A stretch of DNA of 31,840 bases from Candidatus Micrarchaeia archaeon (lineage in GTDB: Archaea > Micrarchaeota > Micrarchaeia > Anstonellales > Bilamarchaeaceae), in the NCBI GenBank assembly GCA_046538155.1, contig JBKHJL010000008.1, positions 1 to 31,840 of the forward strand. The letters run 5' to 3'. This document shows, piece by piece, positions 19,108-28,309 of this stretch; the stretch's first letter is position 1, and every line of letters starts with the position of its first letter. Position numbers and translations under genes: made by a program. The notes beneath the pieces were generated by a model. That model had not been told where the DNA came from. It did no database searches and was given only the letters and a program-made list of their open reading frames with translations.

Positions 19108-21507
19108 CTAGATAAAGTCATAGCAGTCCATGGAGGGAAGAATTATCCTCCCTGAACACTCTACATCATCCACAGATGCCCGGACCACAACCTCATCCTC
19201 TTGTTCAAGCATCAGGCCCTCCGTGATTTTTACAAAGGCCCAGTAGCTTCCTGAATTGAACTCTCCAACGTAATCATTCCCATGGGTTATTGCCCAGTTC
19301 GCAGAGCAGTGCTCCGGCTCATCTTCACCTTCGTAATTACAAAATACTTCAAAATCATGCTCGCTTCCGGGATACCCTGACTGGGGTGTTGGAACCACAA
19401 AGCAGGAAAACTCATCATCTCCGCCTGGCCCGGGCGAAATTTCAATCGTTGCATTGCAGACCATATTGTCAGGGTAGCCTACTGTTGCCTCCAGCAGCAT
19501 CTCCCCTTCCGCATCCTCAGGATAATCTGAAATCTGCACCTGTGCACCAGACTGGTCAGAGCCTGCAAGCTCCCCGACATCATCTCCTGTTTCATTTGTT
19601 TCCCATGTAACTGTGCCGCTGCAGCTTCCGCCATCGCAGAGCAGGGTGAAATTCTGCATTGAGTTCTGCAGGGGATTTGTTACATGCTGGGGAATTATCT
19701 GGCATTCCCCTGGGCCGGGCTCATCAATGCAGGGTGCAGTCCATGTGCACCCATTGTTGCTGGTTGTGGCCTCCTCAAGCATGTAGGGAGTACATTCAGG
19801 GAAAAACTCTGAAAGCATGTTCACCCATGCAAGCGCGCCTATTGAATCCCCTTCCCCTGTGCAGACTGCCGGCGCATCCCTGAAAGAAACTGCAGTGCTC
19901 TCCCCGGGCTCAAGTGTGCCGTAATAAGTTCCGGGGAAGATTGCCCTGGTTGTATATGGATCAAAAGCAGGGGAAAGGTCACTGCTGTAAGCATTGAACA
20001 TTATTGCTGAACAGAGGTAGTTGGTATCATTTATTGTTGCATTTGCCTCTCCTATATTAGTAATTCTCACTACCCAGTCATTCACCCCTTGCCCGGGATA
20101 GAATCCCGCGGGGCCGGGCTCTTCATTGTTTATGTACCCTACAGGTTCAATACTGCAGATTAAGTCCGGAAGCTCCCCTTCAGGGAAATCAAACTCCACC
20201 GGAATATAGGGTGTTTCCTCATCCCTCCCCTCTCCGTTGCAGTCCTCCTCTCCTGAGCAGGTTCTCCAGGAAACAGAGAATTCAACCTCCTGGCTCCCTT
20301 CTGGAAGGTTTTCCGGGAAATTCAGGGTGCCTTCAATATCTACATTGTATGTGCTGCCCGGGGAAAGGTGGCCTCCGTTTACCTGGCCGCAGCCCACTAT
20401 GCTGCAGTCGCTGCAGTCCGCAGGCATGGAAGTCGGGGTAAAAGAGATACCGTCAACTCCTTCCACATTAATATCATAAAACTCAAAAGCAAGCGGGTAA
20501 AAATCATCCGGCCTGTCCGGCACGTGCACCCTTATTGTTACGGGGACGCTTTCTCCCGGGGAAACGGAAAATGAATCTTCTCCTATTATGAAGCCGTCGC
20601 TTCCAATGTCAACATACATTATTTCCGGAGGGACTACTCCGACATCCTCCTCAGCAACTATTGTTATCTCTGCTGAACCCTCAATATTAGAGCGGGTGTA
20701 TCTGCTCTGCCCGCCTCCGAGTGAATCATATGACCAGTAACGCTCATTATCATCATACAGATTATATGAAACAATAGTACCACCATCAACATCAAGCTCC
20801 TGCTCAAATTCATAATCCCCTGAGCCGCCGGCAGGGAGGCTCACGGTGAAAGAGCCGGAATAAGAGGGCTGTGTTCCGGAAAGTGGGTCAAAAGCATGCA
20901 AAGGGGTGTAGACCATGCTGCTTGTTCTTGCATAAGTCAGGGTGGCAACTCCTGAAAGCACCGTTGCAACATCCGATACCTTGTTTGAATAAACAGTAGA
21001 GCCGACAACCTCCTGGTAGGCTATGCTCCTGTAGCCGTAAAGGGAAGACTCATACGTTCGGTCGCCAGACTGGGAAGTGGGGTCTCCATAGTGGGGAGTT
21101 CCCCAACGCACAGAAACATCCCCTTCAGGGCAGGAAGAATATCCTCCTGCACCACAGTTGGCCCAGCCGGCTGGCTGGGAACCAGTAATGGTGGGGGACA
21201 TGCCCTCAAATGCGCCCAGGTCTGCCTGTGCATCCACTTCAGTATCATAATAGAAGATACCTTCACATACCACATCCCCATCATGGATATCACCATAGGA
21301 GCCTGTTCCTGAAAGCCACCTGTCGCTGTCAGGCACAGAGAGATGAGTCAGGAGATGGTAGCGGACATCCTGCTCAGTATAATAAACTGGATTACTCTGC
21401 AAATACTGGTACATTGGCCCCATGTGGTCATCAGACTCATGGTCTATGAGCTGTGCAAAACAAAATGAAAAAGAAAAAACGAGTAGAATGAATATTGCCT
21501 TGTTCAT
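19108..21507 (-). CDS. Secreted acidic Cys-rich protein with a CARDB-like domain and two C-terminal Ig-like repeats
   Basis: Signal MNKAIFILLVFSFSFCFA; CARDB-like LPDLICS..VRITNIGEANA..EEATTSNN; two similar Cys-bracketed beta repeats at the C-terminus; GGTGA RBS overlaps the upstream stop. Confidence 0.8.
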   Translation of the reverse strand: MNKAIFILLVFSFSFCFAQLIDHESDDHMGPMYQYLQSNPVYYTEQDVRYHLLTHLSVPDSDRWLSGTGSYGDIHDGDVVCEGIFYYDTEVDAQADLGAFEGMSPTITGSQPAGWANCGAGGYSSCPEGDVSVRWGTPHYGDPTSQSGDRTYESSLYGYRSIAYQEVVGSTVYSNKVSDVATVLSGVATLTYARTSSMVYTPLHAFDPLSGTQPSYSGSFTVSLPAGGSGDYEFEQELDVDGGTIVSYNLYDDNERYWSYDSLGGGQSRYTRSNIEGSAEITIVAEEDVGVVPPEIMYVDIGSDGFIIGEDSFSVSPGESVPVTIRVHVPDRPDDFYPLAFEFYDINVEGVDGISFTPTSMPADCSDCSIVGCGQVNGGHLSPGSTYNVDIEGTLNFPENLPEGSQEVEFSVSWRTCSGEEDCNGEGRDEETPYIPVEFDFPEGELPDLICSIEPVGYINNEEPGPAGFYPGQGVNDWVVRITNIGEANATINDTNYLCSAIMFNAYSSDLSPAFDPYTTRAIFPGTYYGTLEPGESTAVSFRDAPAVCTGEGDSIGALAWVNMLSEFFPECTPYMLEEATTSNNGCTWTAPCIDEPGPGECQIIPQHVTNPLQNSMQNFTLLCDGGSCSGTVTWETNETGDDVGELAGSDQSGAQVQISDYPEDAEGEMLLEATVGYPDNMVCNATIEISPGPGGDDEFSCFVVPTPQSGYPGSEHDFEVFCNYEGEDEPEHCSANWAITHGNDYVGEFNSGSYWAFVKITEGLMLEQEDEVVVRASVDDVECSGRIILPSMDCYDFI

Positions 21508-21515
21508 GTGTTCAC

Positions 21516-23153
21516 CTAGAATTTAACTCCTATATTCACCATCACTCCCTCAAACTCGCCCCTCTCTCCTTCCCCGGTAAAATCAACGGCATTATTAACA
21601 GGAATGGGATTCAGCTGCAACTGCAAAAATCCTTCTGCCTCCCCTTTTACGCCTGCCTGAACACCTGCGCCAACCCCGGTCTGCTGAGGAAGCGGGCGGC
21701 CTTCCATATCCCTTCCCTGGGGAATTTCCTGCTGGACTATCGCTGAAACACCTGCCCAAATCAGAGTTTCCTTGTTCTTTGCTTTATCCCTGATAATCTT
21801 CTGGAAAGTAGGGCCGAGCTGACCTTCAATTATAAGGTCAACATTGGTGGTCCCGTCCATATTCTGGCTCATGCGGATTGTCCTTACGCCAAACAGGTAT
21901 CCTGCTGCATTTTCTTTGCCTTTGGTGTAGAATAGTCCATTCAGCATTGCACCTGCTTCCAGATTAAATGCACGGCCAGTAACTTCAGGGGAAGCCTCCA
22001 CCTGCAATCTTAGTGTATGGCTTGTGGCATCTGTGCCTCCACCGACTTGCCCCATCACGGTAACAGGAATAAACCACCCTCCCTGCTTTCCCGGGACATA
22101 AGCTACACCTGCGCTTGCACCTGCCTTCCACCTGCCTTCTTCAACTTCCCCGTAAAGCTCAGCTCCGCCCCCTCCAAGCCACCTGGTTCTTGATTCCCTG
22201 TCTCCCATCTGGCCAAGTTCCCCCTCTCTTACCGAAGTGGTCGTTTCTTCATATGCTTGCCCATGCGCCCTGAGTCCAAGCTCAAATCCTTTTCCCAAAG
22301 GAAATGCTTTTGTAACTTCACTACTGAACCGCAGTTCCAGTTCTTTATAGGTAAATGCAAGATAATTATCCGTTCCTGCCCGCCTCCACTCGCTAAAGGA
22401 CGCATCATCATTAAAGAAATATTCTCCATAGGTCCCATTGCGTAGTGCGTTTTTTATCTCGTCCCCGAGACCCTCTGTTTCGCTGAGCAGGTTTGATATT
22501 GCTGAACTTATTTCCTCTTTATTAAAACCATATCCTTCAAAAAGCTGCTCCATTCTCCTGAGAAACCTGTTTCCTGCTTTTTTCGTGTTTCCATTAGTAA
22601 AATATGCAGTGGCAAGCCTGTTGAGTTCATTATGGACCATGGCTATATCTGTTGAATTAAGCTGTTGGGCCATCTGGGATGGAAGATTTCCAAAACCAAC
22701 ACTCCCTGTTTTTGCAAATGCAGGATTGTTCATGAACCACAGGAACATGAATTTCATCGGCTTCTCTTCCTTACTGGCAATGGCTTCTTCAGAGGTTTTT
22801 GGACCCTTGTACTTTGCCCTGCTGAGTTTGTCTTCCAGCTCCTCTATGCACCTGTCCACGAGCTTGGGATAGTATCCCTCTTCCGCCCTTGCGTTGCTGA
22901 GTTTGGACAACTGCTTGTGGAGGTCGCGGTTCTGCTCATATTCCCCCTTCGTCATTTCTGGAGAAAGGCTGCGTATATAATTGAGGATGCTTTTCAGCGC
23001 CTTGTTCAGTTCCTCTTCTGTTTCCGCTTTTCTGAGCTGGGCAGAAAGCTGCTTTGGGGTCTGCTTTGGGGTAAACTGTATCCTCCTTTTTCCGGCAGCA
23101 ACAGGGGCCGGGGGCCCTGCTCTTTTTTCAGGTTTTTGTTTTTGTTTAGCCAT
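21516..23153 (-). CDS. Hypothetical protein: basic N-terminus, helical middle, C-terminal amphipathic beta-strand (beta-barrel-like) domain
   Basis: Start at ATG 23153 (MAKQKQKP), after TAGGTGG. The last ~280 aa are Gly-rich alternating strands ending in EGVMVNIGVKF. The CDS is well supported; the fold is inferred. Confidence 0.8.
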   Translation of the reverse strand: MAKQKQKPEKRAGPPAPVAAGKRRIQFTPKQTPKQLSAQLRKAETEEELNKALKSILNYIRSLSPEMTKGEYEQNRDLHKQLSKLSNARAEEGYYPKLVDRCIEELEDKLSRAKYKGPKTSEEAIASKEEKPMKFMFLWFMNNPAFAKTGSVGFGNLPSQMAQQLNSTDIAMVHNELNRLATAYFTNGNTKKAGNRFLRRMEQLFEGYGFNKEEISSAISNLLSETEGLGDEIKNALRNGTYGEYFFNDDASFSEWRRAGTDNYLAFTYKELELRFSSEVTKAFPLGKGFELGLRAHGQAYEETTTSVREGELGQMGDRESRTRWLGGGGAELYGEVEEGRWKAGASAGVAYVPGKQGGWFIPVTVMGQVGGGTDATSHTLRLQVEASPEVTGRAFNLEAGAMLNGLFYTKGKENAAGYLFGVRTIRMSQNMDGTTNVDLIIEGQLGPTFQKIIRDKAKNKETLIWAGVSAIVQQEIPQGRDMEGRPLPQQTGVGAGVQAGVKGEAEGFLQLQLNPIPVNNAVDFTGEGERGEFEGVMVNIGVKF

Positions 23154-23162
23154 ATCAACCAC

Positions 23163-26100
23163 CTACTCTTCACCCTCCCCTGTCCAGATTATGAAAACAT
23201 CCGGGACATTTCCCCCTACATAAAGCCCTCCTTCTTCTTCTGTTCTGCCTGTAACCCCAATATCCTCTGCAGAGCCAACTTCCATGGATTCCCTTGCAGG
23301 GGAAGCCGTATGGGAGCTTTCCACAACATAATAGTGCCTGCTCTTGTCAACTTCAGGAACCATCTCTTCCTTTTCCTTCTTGGTCATCTTCCTCAGGTCT
23401 TCGGAATTGGCAGCCCAGGAACCCATCACGTATTTATCAAACTTCTCCTTCATCCCTTCCTTGTAGTCAATCTTGTGGGTGAACCTGTCAAAAGTGCCAA
23501 TGCGTATCTTGAACACTCCTTCCTTTTTCAGTTCCCTTTCGCTCATTCCTGCATACCTGCGGGCATTCGCGGGCCTGAACTTTTCTGACCCTATCCTGTC
23601 CCCTGCCTTCCTGAACAGGTAAACGGCATCTCCATCATTAAAATCTACATATGCAGAAGAGTATGCATATGTCCTGAACGTGGGGTAATCCTCAACTAAT
23701 TCTGCCTCTGTTCCATCTGCGTTGAACCTTGTCCTTGGGGGGTGGATGTAGAACTTGCTGTCCCCTTCCATCATCTCCCCTGAAATAGTAGAGAGGTGCA
23801 GGACTTCATTATCAAGCTGTGGCATGACATCCTCCTTCCTGGAATCAAACGAAACTCCAACCTTGTTCCAGTAGAGGTCGTTTGCAACCGCCACGTACCC
23901 GTGCCCTCCGTGGTACTCAGGATAAACCATCAGCCTTTTGGTGCGCGGCTCCCTCTTCCGCCCGGGCGGTTTTTTTCCGGTTATGTTCAGTTCGGGCGGG
24001 TTGGTTCCCCAGACATATTTGAATGTAAGGCCAACTGGCCCAATTGAATCAACCCAGGACCTCTTTGTCCTGACCTTGAGTATCTTGTCTTTGTCCCTGA
24101 GCGTCTTTTTCCAGTAGCTATAGCCTTCCGGGGCTGTTTTCTGGACACGGTCGCCCACGATATATGTCCACTTGGGATTGATGTTTCCTGCTTCATCAAT
24201 AGCAGGAACGGCAAGAACATTTTTTCCGTTGTAGCGGACGACGATTGTTTCAAGGGTAGTGTATTCATGGCCGCCTGCCTTGAATCTGTTGTTCTTTCCT
24301 CTCCCCGCAATATAGTTTACAAGAGCATCCGCGCACTTGTCAAGCTGTATGGGCTCAGGGTTTGCAGAGGGAGTCTGGCCTGTCTCAAACCCGATAAGGG
24401 AAACATACGCCCTCCACATCATATCAAACGTAGCTTCCTTTTTCTTTGCCTGCTCCCTGGGCGGAAGGGTCATATATGCAAGGTCAAGGGCAAGGGCCTC
24501 CTCTGTAAGCTGCATTGCCGTATCATAAATTGCAGCTGCCGCATATTCATTTCCAAGCGCATCCGCAAACTCATCTATGCTCTTGTATTTGGAAAGAACT
24601 GCAAGCATCTGGTCGGACTTCTCTGGATAAGCTTTCTTTTTGTCCCTCATCTTGCCTGAGCCCGTGTGCATGTAAAGCATGTGCTCTACCACTTTCGCCT
24701 GCACATCCTGGGAAAACCTTGCGCCTTCAGAACGCTCCACAAGATTCGTTTCAGTGAGGTGGACACCTGCAATGCCATTCTGCCAGAAAAGCCTTCTCTT
24801 ATCATTACCAAGAACAGTGCTTGCAAAACCCTGCCCATCTGCAGCAAGCACAGTATATGCACGCTGGTCCGCATCCATCCTATTGTAGTCCTGGGAGTGT
24901 GTTTCATAAACATTGCTTGGGTCCTGGAGCCCATGTAAAACAAAATACTTTTTATTTTGCCCTGCTTCTTTAGACTGCTCATCAAGGCGTGCCTTGAGCC
25001 AGGCTGCACTGGTCTCATACCACCTCCGGAGCCTCATCCTATAGGCATCGGAACCGTAGTATTTTCCTGCCCTGCGCTTCTGGAGCCTGTCGCCTCCGCG
25101 TATTCCGCGCACTGCAACAGATTTTCCCTCTTCTTTTGGGGCAGGGGGGATGGGCACAGAACTAAGGGTTACTTCCCATATCTCATTACCTTGTATCGTT
25201 TGTCTTTCCATTGGCTCCAGAGCTTCGGCCTCCACATCAGTAATCTGTGCAGATTTGAGATTATCTTCAGGATAACCTATCCTGGAAAGATATGCTTCAA
25301 GAGTCTCCTTGCCTTTCCTGCCCGTTCTGAACATAATTTTCCTTTTCCTGGTTTTCCCGTTAAGGAAATCCTGGAGTCTCGCCCTGTCCTTTGCTTTTGA
25401 AAGTATGGTCCCTCCCCTGTATGCCACCGGAACAGAAAGGGGCGTTTCAGACCTTCGTGAAAATGCATCTGCAGGCAGTTCACCTATGCGCAGGTATGCG
25501 CCTTCAGTTTGTCCCCAGAAATTCTGGAGAACCTGTATGGAAACTGCGCGAAGGTCGTTTCTTCCAAGGAACTCCTTCCTCAGAAGCTTTGCCGCATTCC
25601 TTGCAATGCCCGCATTCTCAAAAAACACCGTGCCCTGGGTTTCAGGATTGTTGGCAAGATACTCCAGCCTTTCCTTCTGCATCTGCACCTCAAACCTGCT
25701 TCTCCTCGCAGGCCTGTCAAGAACCCTGCCAAAGCGCTTGGTGCGCGGCTCAATCTCGACTGGCCCTCTTGGCATTTCATCTGCAACCCTGTCTTCCGCA
25801 ATCTCTTCCCGCACTCTCTCTGGCATACCTTCTTCTCTGGGCGTAAGCGCAACAGGCCTGTCCCAGTGGCCTTCCGGGACTTCGCTGATATGTACTCCTG
25901 CCCTTGCCGGACCTCCTGTCCAGGGCATCAGCTCTACATTAGTCCATCCTTTCTCATGCAGATACTGGACCAGAAGGTCTGCGCCTGCCGCATCCACCTG
26001 TGCGCTCCTTTTGCCGGGCTTGTGAATTTCGGTATATCCTTCCCTGCCTTCAGTTAGAAGCTCCTCAATAACCTGCTTCTGGTCAGGGTGGAGGTAAATT

Positions 26101-27722
26101 TTCCTTCCTTTATACTTTATAAATACATTGCCGTCTTCATCAACTGGAGGGAGTATGTCTGTTTTTTTCGGCTTTACAAAAAGCTCAGGAACAAAGCTGG
26201 TATCAACCAGTATGTACTTACCCCTGAGCGCCTTCCTCTTTGCCTTTGTTTTCTTGAAAACAGGCTTCCGGAGGCCCTTGGCAGCATAAAGCACCGAAAG
26301 GCCCCTGCGCACAACCGGGAAATCCGTAGCCTTGTCCAGCACAATCCTTGGAGTCGACCTCGGGTTGGCTGTTCCCTCAAGCTGGGATTTTACTGCCGCA
26401 TCAATATAATCAAGCACATCAGCCAGCTGGTCTCCGTCCACCCGTTCCAGCATTTTCTCAATTTTATCCTTGTTCCTGTCAAGATACTTTTTTGCAACCT
26501 TACTATTACCCGTCCATGCATACAGCTCTGTAATTGTAGGCTTGGAGGCAGCAACCGCAGAATTTCTTGCGGATTCTATTTTGGAAAGCAATACTTTGAA
26601 TGCTTTTGCCTGGTTTGGGAATTTCTTTTTGAACTGCTTTTCAAGAGATTGTATGACATCATATCCTGCCCGGGTATTCTCCGCAATCTGATGTGCTAAC
26701 CTGTATTTTGAAGCAAGGCCCTTTGAGGCATCAAAAGCGCCCTTTAGCAGATTGTACCTCTCAATCAGTTTGCTGTAATCCTCACCTGTCTTATTTTTGT
26801 ACTGGTCCCTTATCCATTTCATGCCCTCTTCGTTTACTGCCAGCTCTTTCTCCTCCTTCCTCTCTCTGCCTTCTACCCTGAGGGGCTCTCCTCCCGCATA
26901 TTCTACCACCTCTTGCGGGGTTTCAGAAACCCCAGTTCCTCCAGGTATCTCCAATTCTTTTTCTTTTTTCTTTTTAGGGGGTCTTAGGCGGTTTTCTGCA
27001 TATTTTTTCCAGAATTCTGCATTTGCGCCTCTAAGCATAGCTTTTGCCATCCTTTTTGTCCTTGTGGAGATTTTCCTCCCTTCAAGCATCTTCTGGAGCT
27101 TCTCAAAATCAGAGATGAACGTTTTTAGGTAATCCTTTCCGGTTTGGTACTGGGCCTTGTAAATGTCCCGGACATGCTCTGTAACCTTCTCAAGCTGCTC
27201 CATCAGGGCCTTTTCCTTTTTATTGAGAGCTGGCTTTTTCTTTTTAGGTTGTATCTCAGGGACCTCGTATCTCGCTACAGCCTCCCCGGCGGCTTTCCGG
27301 GCTTCGCTGACTGCTTCTTTAAAACCAGTACTGGGAGTATATTCGGTAACATCTTCAAAATACCCTGTGCCATTTCTCTTTTGCTCTTTTGTGCCCATGC
27401 AGAACTGGAGCGTGCCTTCTGCAGTCTCCATATCCTTGCCTATCATCACATGATAACCGGATTTCTCAAGAAGGTTCTGTAGTTTTTTGAAATCTGCATA
27501 CATTTCTTCTGGAAATGTTACGAAGGTGCCTTTTCTCCACTCCTCCCGCTCCCCCTCGTTTTGTGAAGACAGGTTTTCCAGCCTCTCCTTTTCCAAAGTT
27601 GCATCCATATCAGGAACTGTTTGTTCCAACTTCTGCGGAAGTTTTTTGGCAATATCGGATATTAAATCAGAAATTTTCTTTTCCTTACCTCTTTTAGTTG
27701 TTAACTGGGCGGACCCTGCCAT
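23163..27722 (-). CDS. Very large (1519 aa) K/R-rich hypothetical protein with no signal peptide or TM helix
   Basis: Long uninterrupted ORF with GGTG RBS and a TATA box 35 nt upstream; no recognisable catalytic motif. Confidence 0.9.
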   Translation of the reverse strand: MAGSAQLTTKRGKEKKISDLISDIAKKLPQKLEQTVPDMDATLEKERLENLSSQNEGEREEWRKGTFVTFPEEMYADFKKLQNLLEKSGYHVMIGKDMETAEGTLQFCMGTKEQKRNGTGYFEDVTEYTPSTGFKEAVSEARKAAGEAVARYEVPEIQPKKKKPALNKKEKALMEQLEKVTEHVRDIYKAQYQTGKDYLKTFISDFEKLQKMLEGRKISTRTKRMAKAMLRGANAEFWKKYAENRLRPPKKKKEKELEIPGGTGVSETPQEVVEYAGGEPLRVEGRERKEEKELAVNEEGMKWIRDQYKNKTGEDYSKLIERYNLLKGAFDASKGLASKYRLAHQIAENTRAGYDVIQSLEKQFKKKFPNQAKAFKVLLSKIESARNSAVAASKPTITELYAWTGNSKVAKKYLDRNKDKIEKMLERVDGDQLADVLDYIDAAVKSQLEGTANPRSTPRIVLDKATDFPVVRRGLSVLYAAKGLRKPVFKKTKAKRKALRGKYILVDTSFVPELFVKPKKTDILPPVDEDGNVFIKYKGRKIYLHPDQKQVIEELLTEGREGYTEIHKPGKRSAQVDAAGADLLVQYLHEKGWTNVELMPWTGGPARAGVHISEVPEGHWDRPVALTPREEGMPERVREEIAEDRVADEMPRGPVEIEPRTKRFGRVLDRPARRSRFEVQMQKERLEYLANNPETQGTVFFENAGIARNAAKLLRKEFLGRNDLRAVSIQVLQNFWGQTEGAYLRIGELPADAFSRRSETPLSVPVAYRGGTILSKAKDRARLQDFLNGKTRKRKIMFRTGRKGKETLEAYLSRIGYPEDNLKSAQITDVEAEALEPMERQTIQGNEIWEVTLSSVPIPPAPKEEGKSVAVRGIRGGDRLQKRRAGKYYGSDAYRMRLRRWYETSAAWLKARLDEQSKEAGQNKKYFVLHGLQDPSNVYETHSQDYNRMDADQRAYTVLAADGQGFASTVLGNDKRRLFWQNGIAGVHLTETNLVERSEGARFSQDVQAKVVEHMLYMHTGSGKMRDKKKAYPEKSDQMLAVLSKYKSIDEFADALGNEYAAAAIYDTAMQLTEEALALDLAYMTLPPREQAKKKEATFDMMWRAYVSLIGFETGQTPSANPEPIQLDKCADALVNYIAGRGKNNRFKAGGHEYTTLETIVVRYNGKNVLAVPAIDEAGNINPKWTYIVGDRVQKTAPEGYSYWKKTLRDKDKILKVRTKRSWVDSIGPVGLTFKYVWGTNPPELNITGKKPPGRKREPRTKRLMVYPEYHGGHGYVAVANDLYWNKVGVSFDSRKEDVMPQLDNEVLHLSTISGEMMEGDSKFYIHPPRTRFNADGTEAELVEDYPTFRTYAYSSAYVDFNDGDAVYLFRKAGDRIGSEKFRPANARRYAGMSERELKKEGVFKIRIGTFDRFTHKIDYKEGMKEKFDKYVMGSWAANSEDLRKMTKKEKEEMVPEVDKSRHYYVVESSHTASPARESMEVGSAEDIGVTGRTEEEGGLYVGGNVPDVFIIWTGEGEE

Positions 27723-27756
27723 AATTCAACACCTGAATAAAATTACTCGGGGAGAA

Positions 27757-27764
27757 TTTATAAA
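27757..27764 (-). promoter_or_regulatory. TATA box for the putative 1519/545/799-aa operon
   Basis: TTTATAAA lies 35 nt upstream of ATG 27722, a typical archaeal spacing. Confidence 0.6.
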
Positions 27765-27791
27765 GATTTGTATGGGCTGCCGAATAGAAGC

Positions 27792-28271
27792 TCACTTTTT
27801 CTTCTTTTTGAAAGGGTTGCCAAAAAGCAGCAGGACCACCAGGAACACAAAAAGCAGAATAATCAGGTAAGGGAGCCAGGAAAACCCTGCCTGCTCAAGA
27901 GTGGTTGAAACTTCTTCGTATTCTTCCTGCAATTCTGCAGTGGGGGCAGCCTCGGAAAGCAAGCCGGAAGAAAGTTCGGAAACTGCAAGGGCTGCTTCCC
28001 CTGTATCCCCTGTGGTTGTATCATAGGCTTTGAGAGTATATGTCCCCCTCTTCAGTATCTGCAACTCCCCTTCATGGAGCCCGTTGAATTCCCGGACTTC
28101 CTCTACATGAATCTGACTCCCGTCCCGGAAAAATACAAGCGTCAGGTTCGCGTCATATGCTCCTCTCTCCTCAATCCTGTATTCCAGCAGATATGGGGTT
28201 TTTTCCTCAAGCTCAACAGACATTGGGAAAACAAGTGCAACAAAGCAGAAGATGAAAAGTGCTGTGCGCAT
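27792..28271 (-). CDS. Small secreted protein with a beta-rich domain and C-terminal TM anchor
   Basis: Signal MRTALFIFCFVALVFP; GTYTLKAYD Ig-like strand; C-terminal WLPYLIILLFVFLVVLLLF followed by KKKKK. Confidence 0.8.
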   Translation of the reverse strand: MRTALFIFCFVALVFPMSVELEEKTPYLLEYRIEERGAYDANLTLVFFRDGSQIHVEEVREFNGLHEGELQILKRGTYTLKAYDTTTGDTGEAALAVSELSSGLLSEAAPTAELQEEYEEVSTTLEQAGFSWLPYLIILLFVFLVVLLLFGNPFKKKKK

Positions 28272-28309
28272 AAAACGTAAAAAGAAGAGAAGAAATAAAA
28301 GGCTTCCCC

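Noticed and set aside
22665..23588. 307-aa plus-strand ORF, and similar ones at 25309-26025, 26088-26699 and 28748-29440
   Set aside because: They have the Phe/Leu/Ser-rich composition expected antisense to K/E/R-rich genes, and the opposite strand carries longer ORFs with proper RBS signals.
24660..24690. EHMLYMH in the 1519-aa protein as a metalloprotease site
   Set aside because: It is not an HExxH motif and no supporting ligands are apparent.
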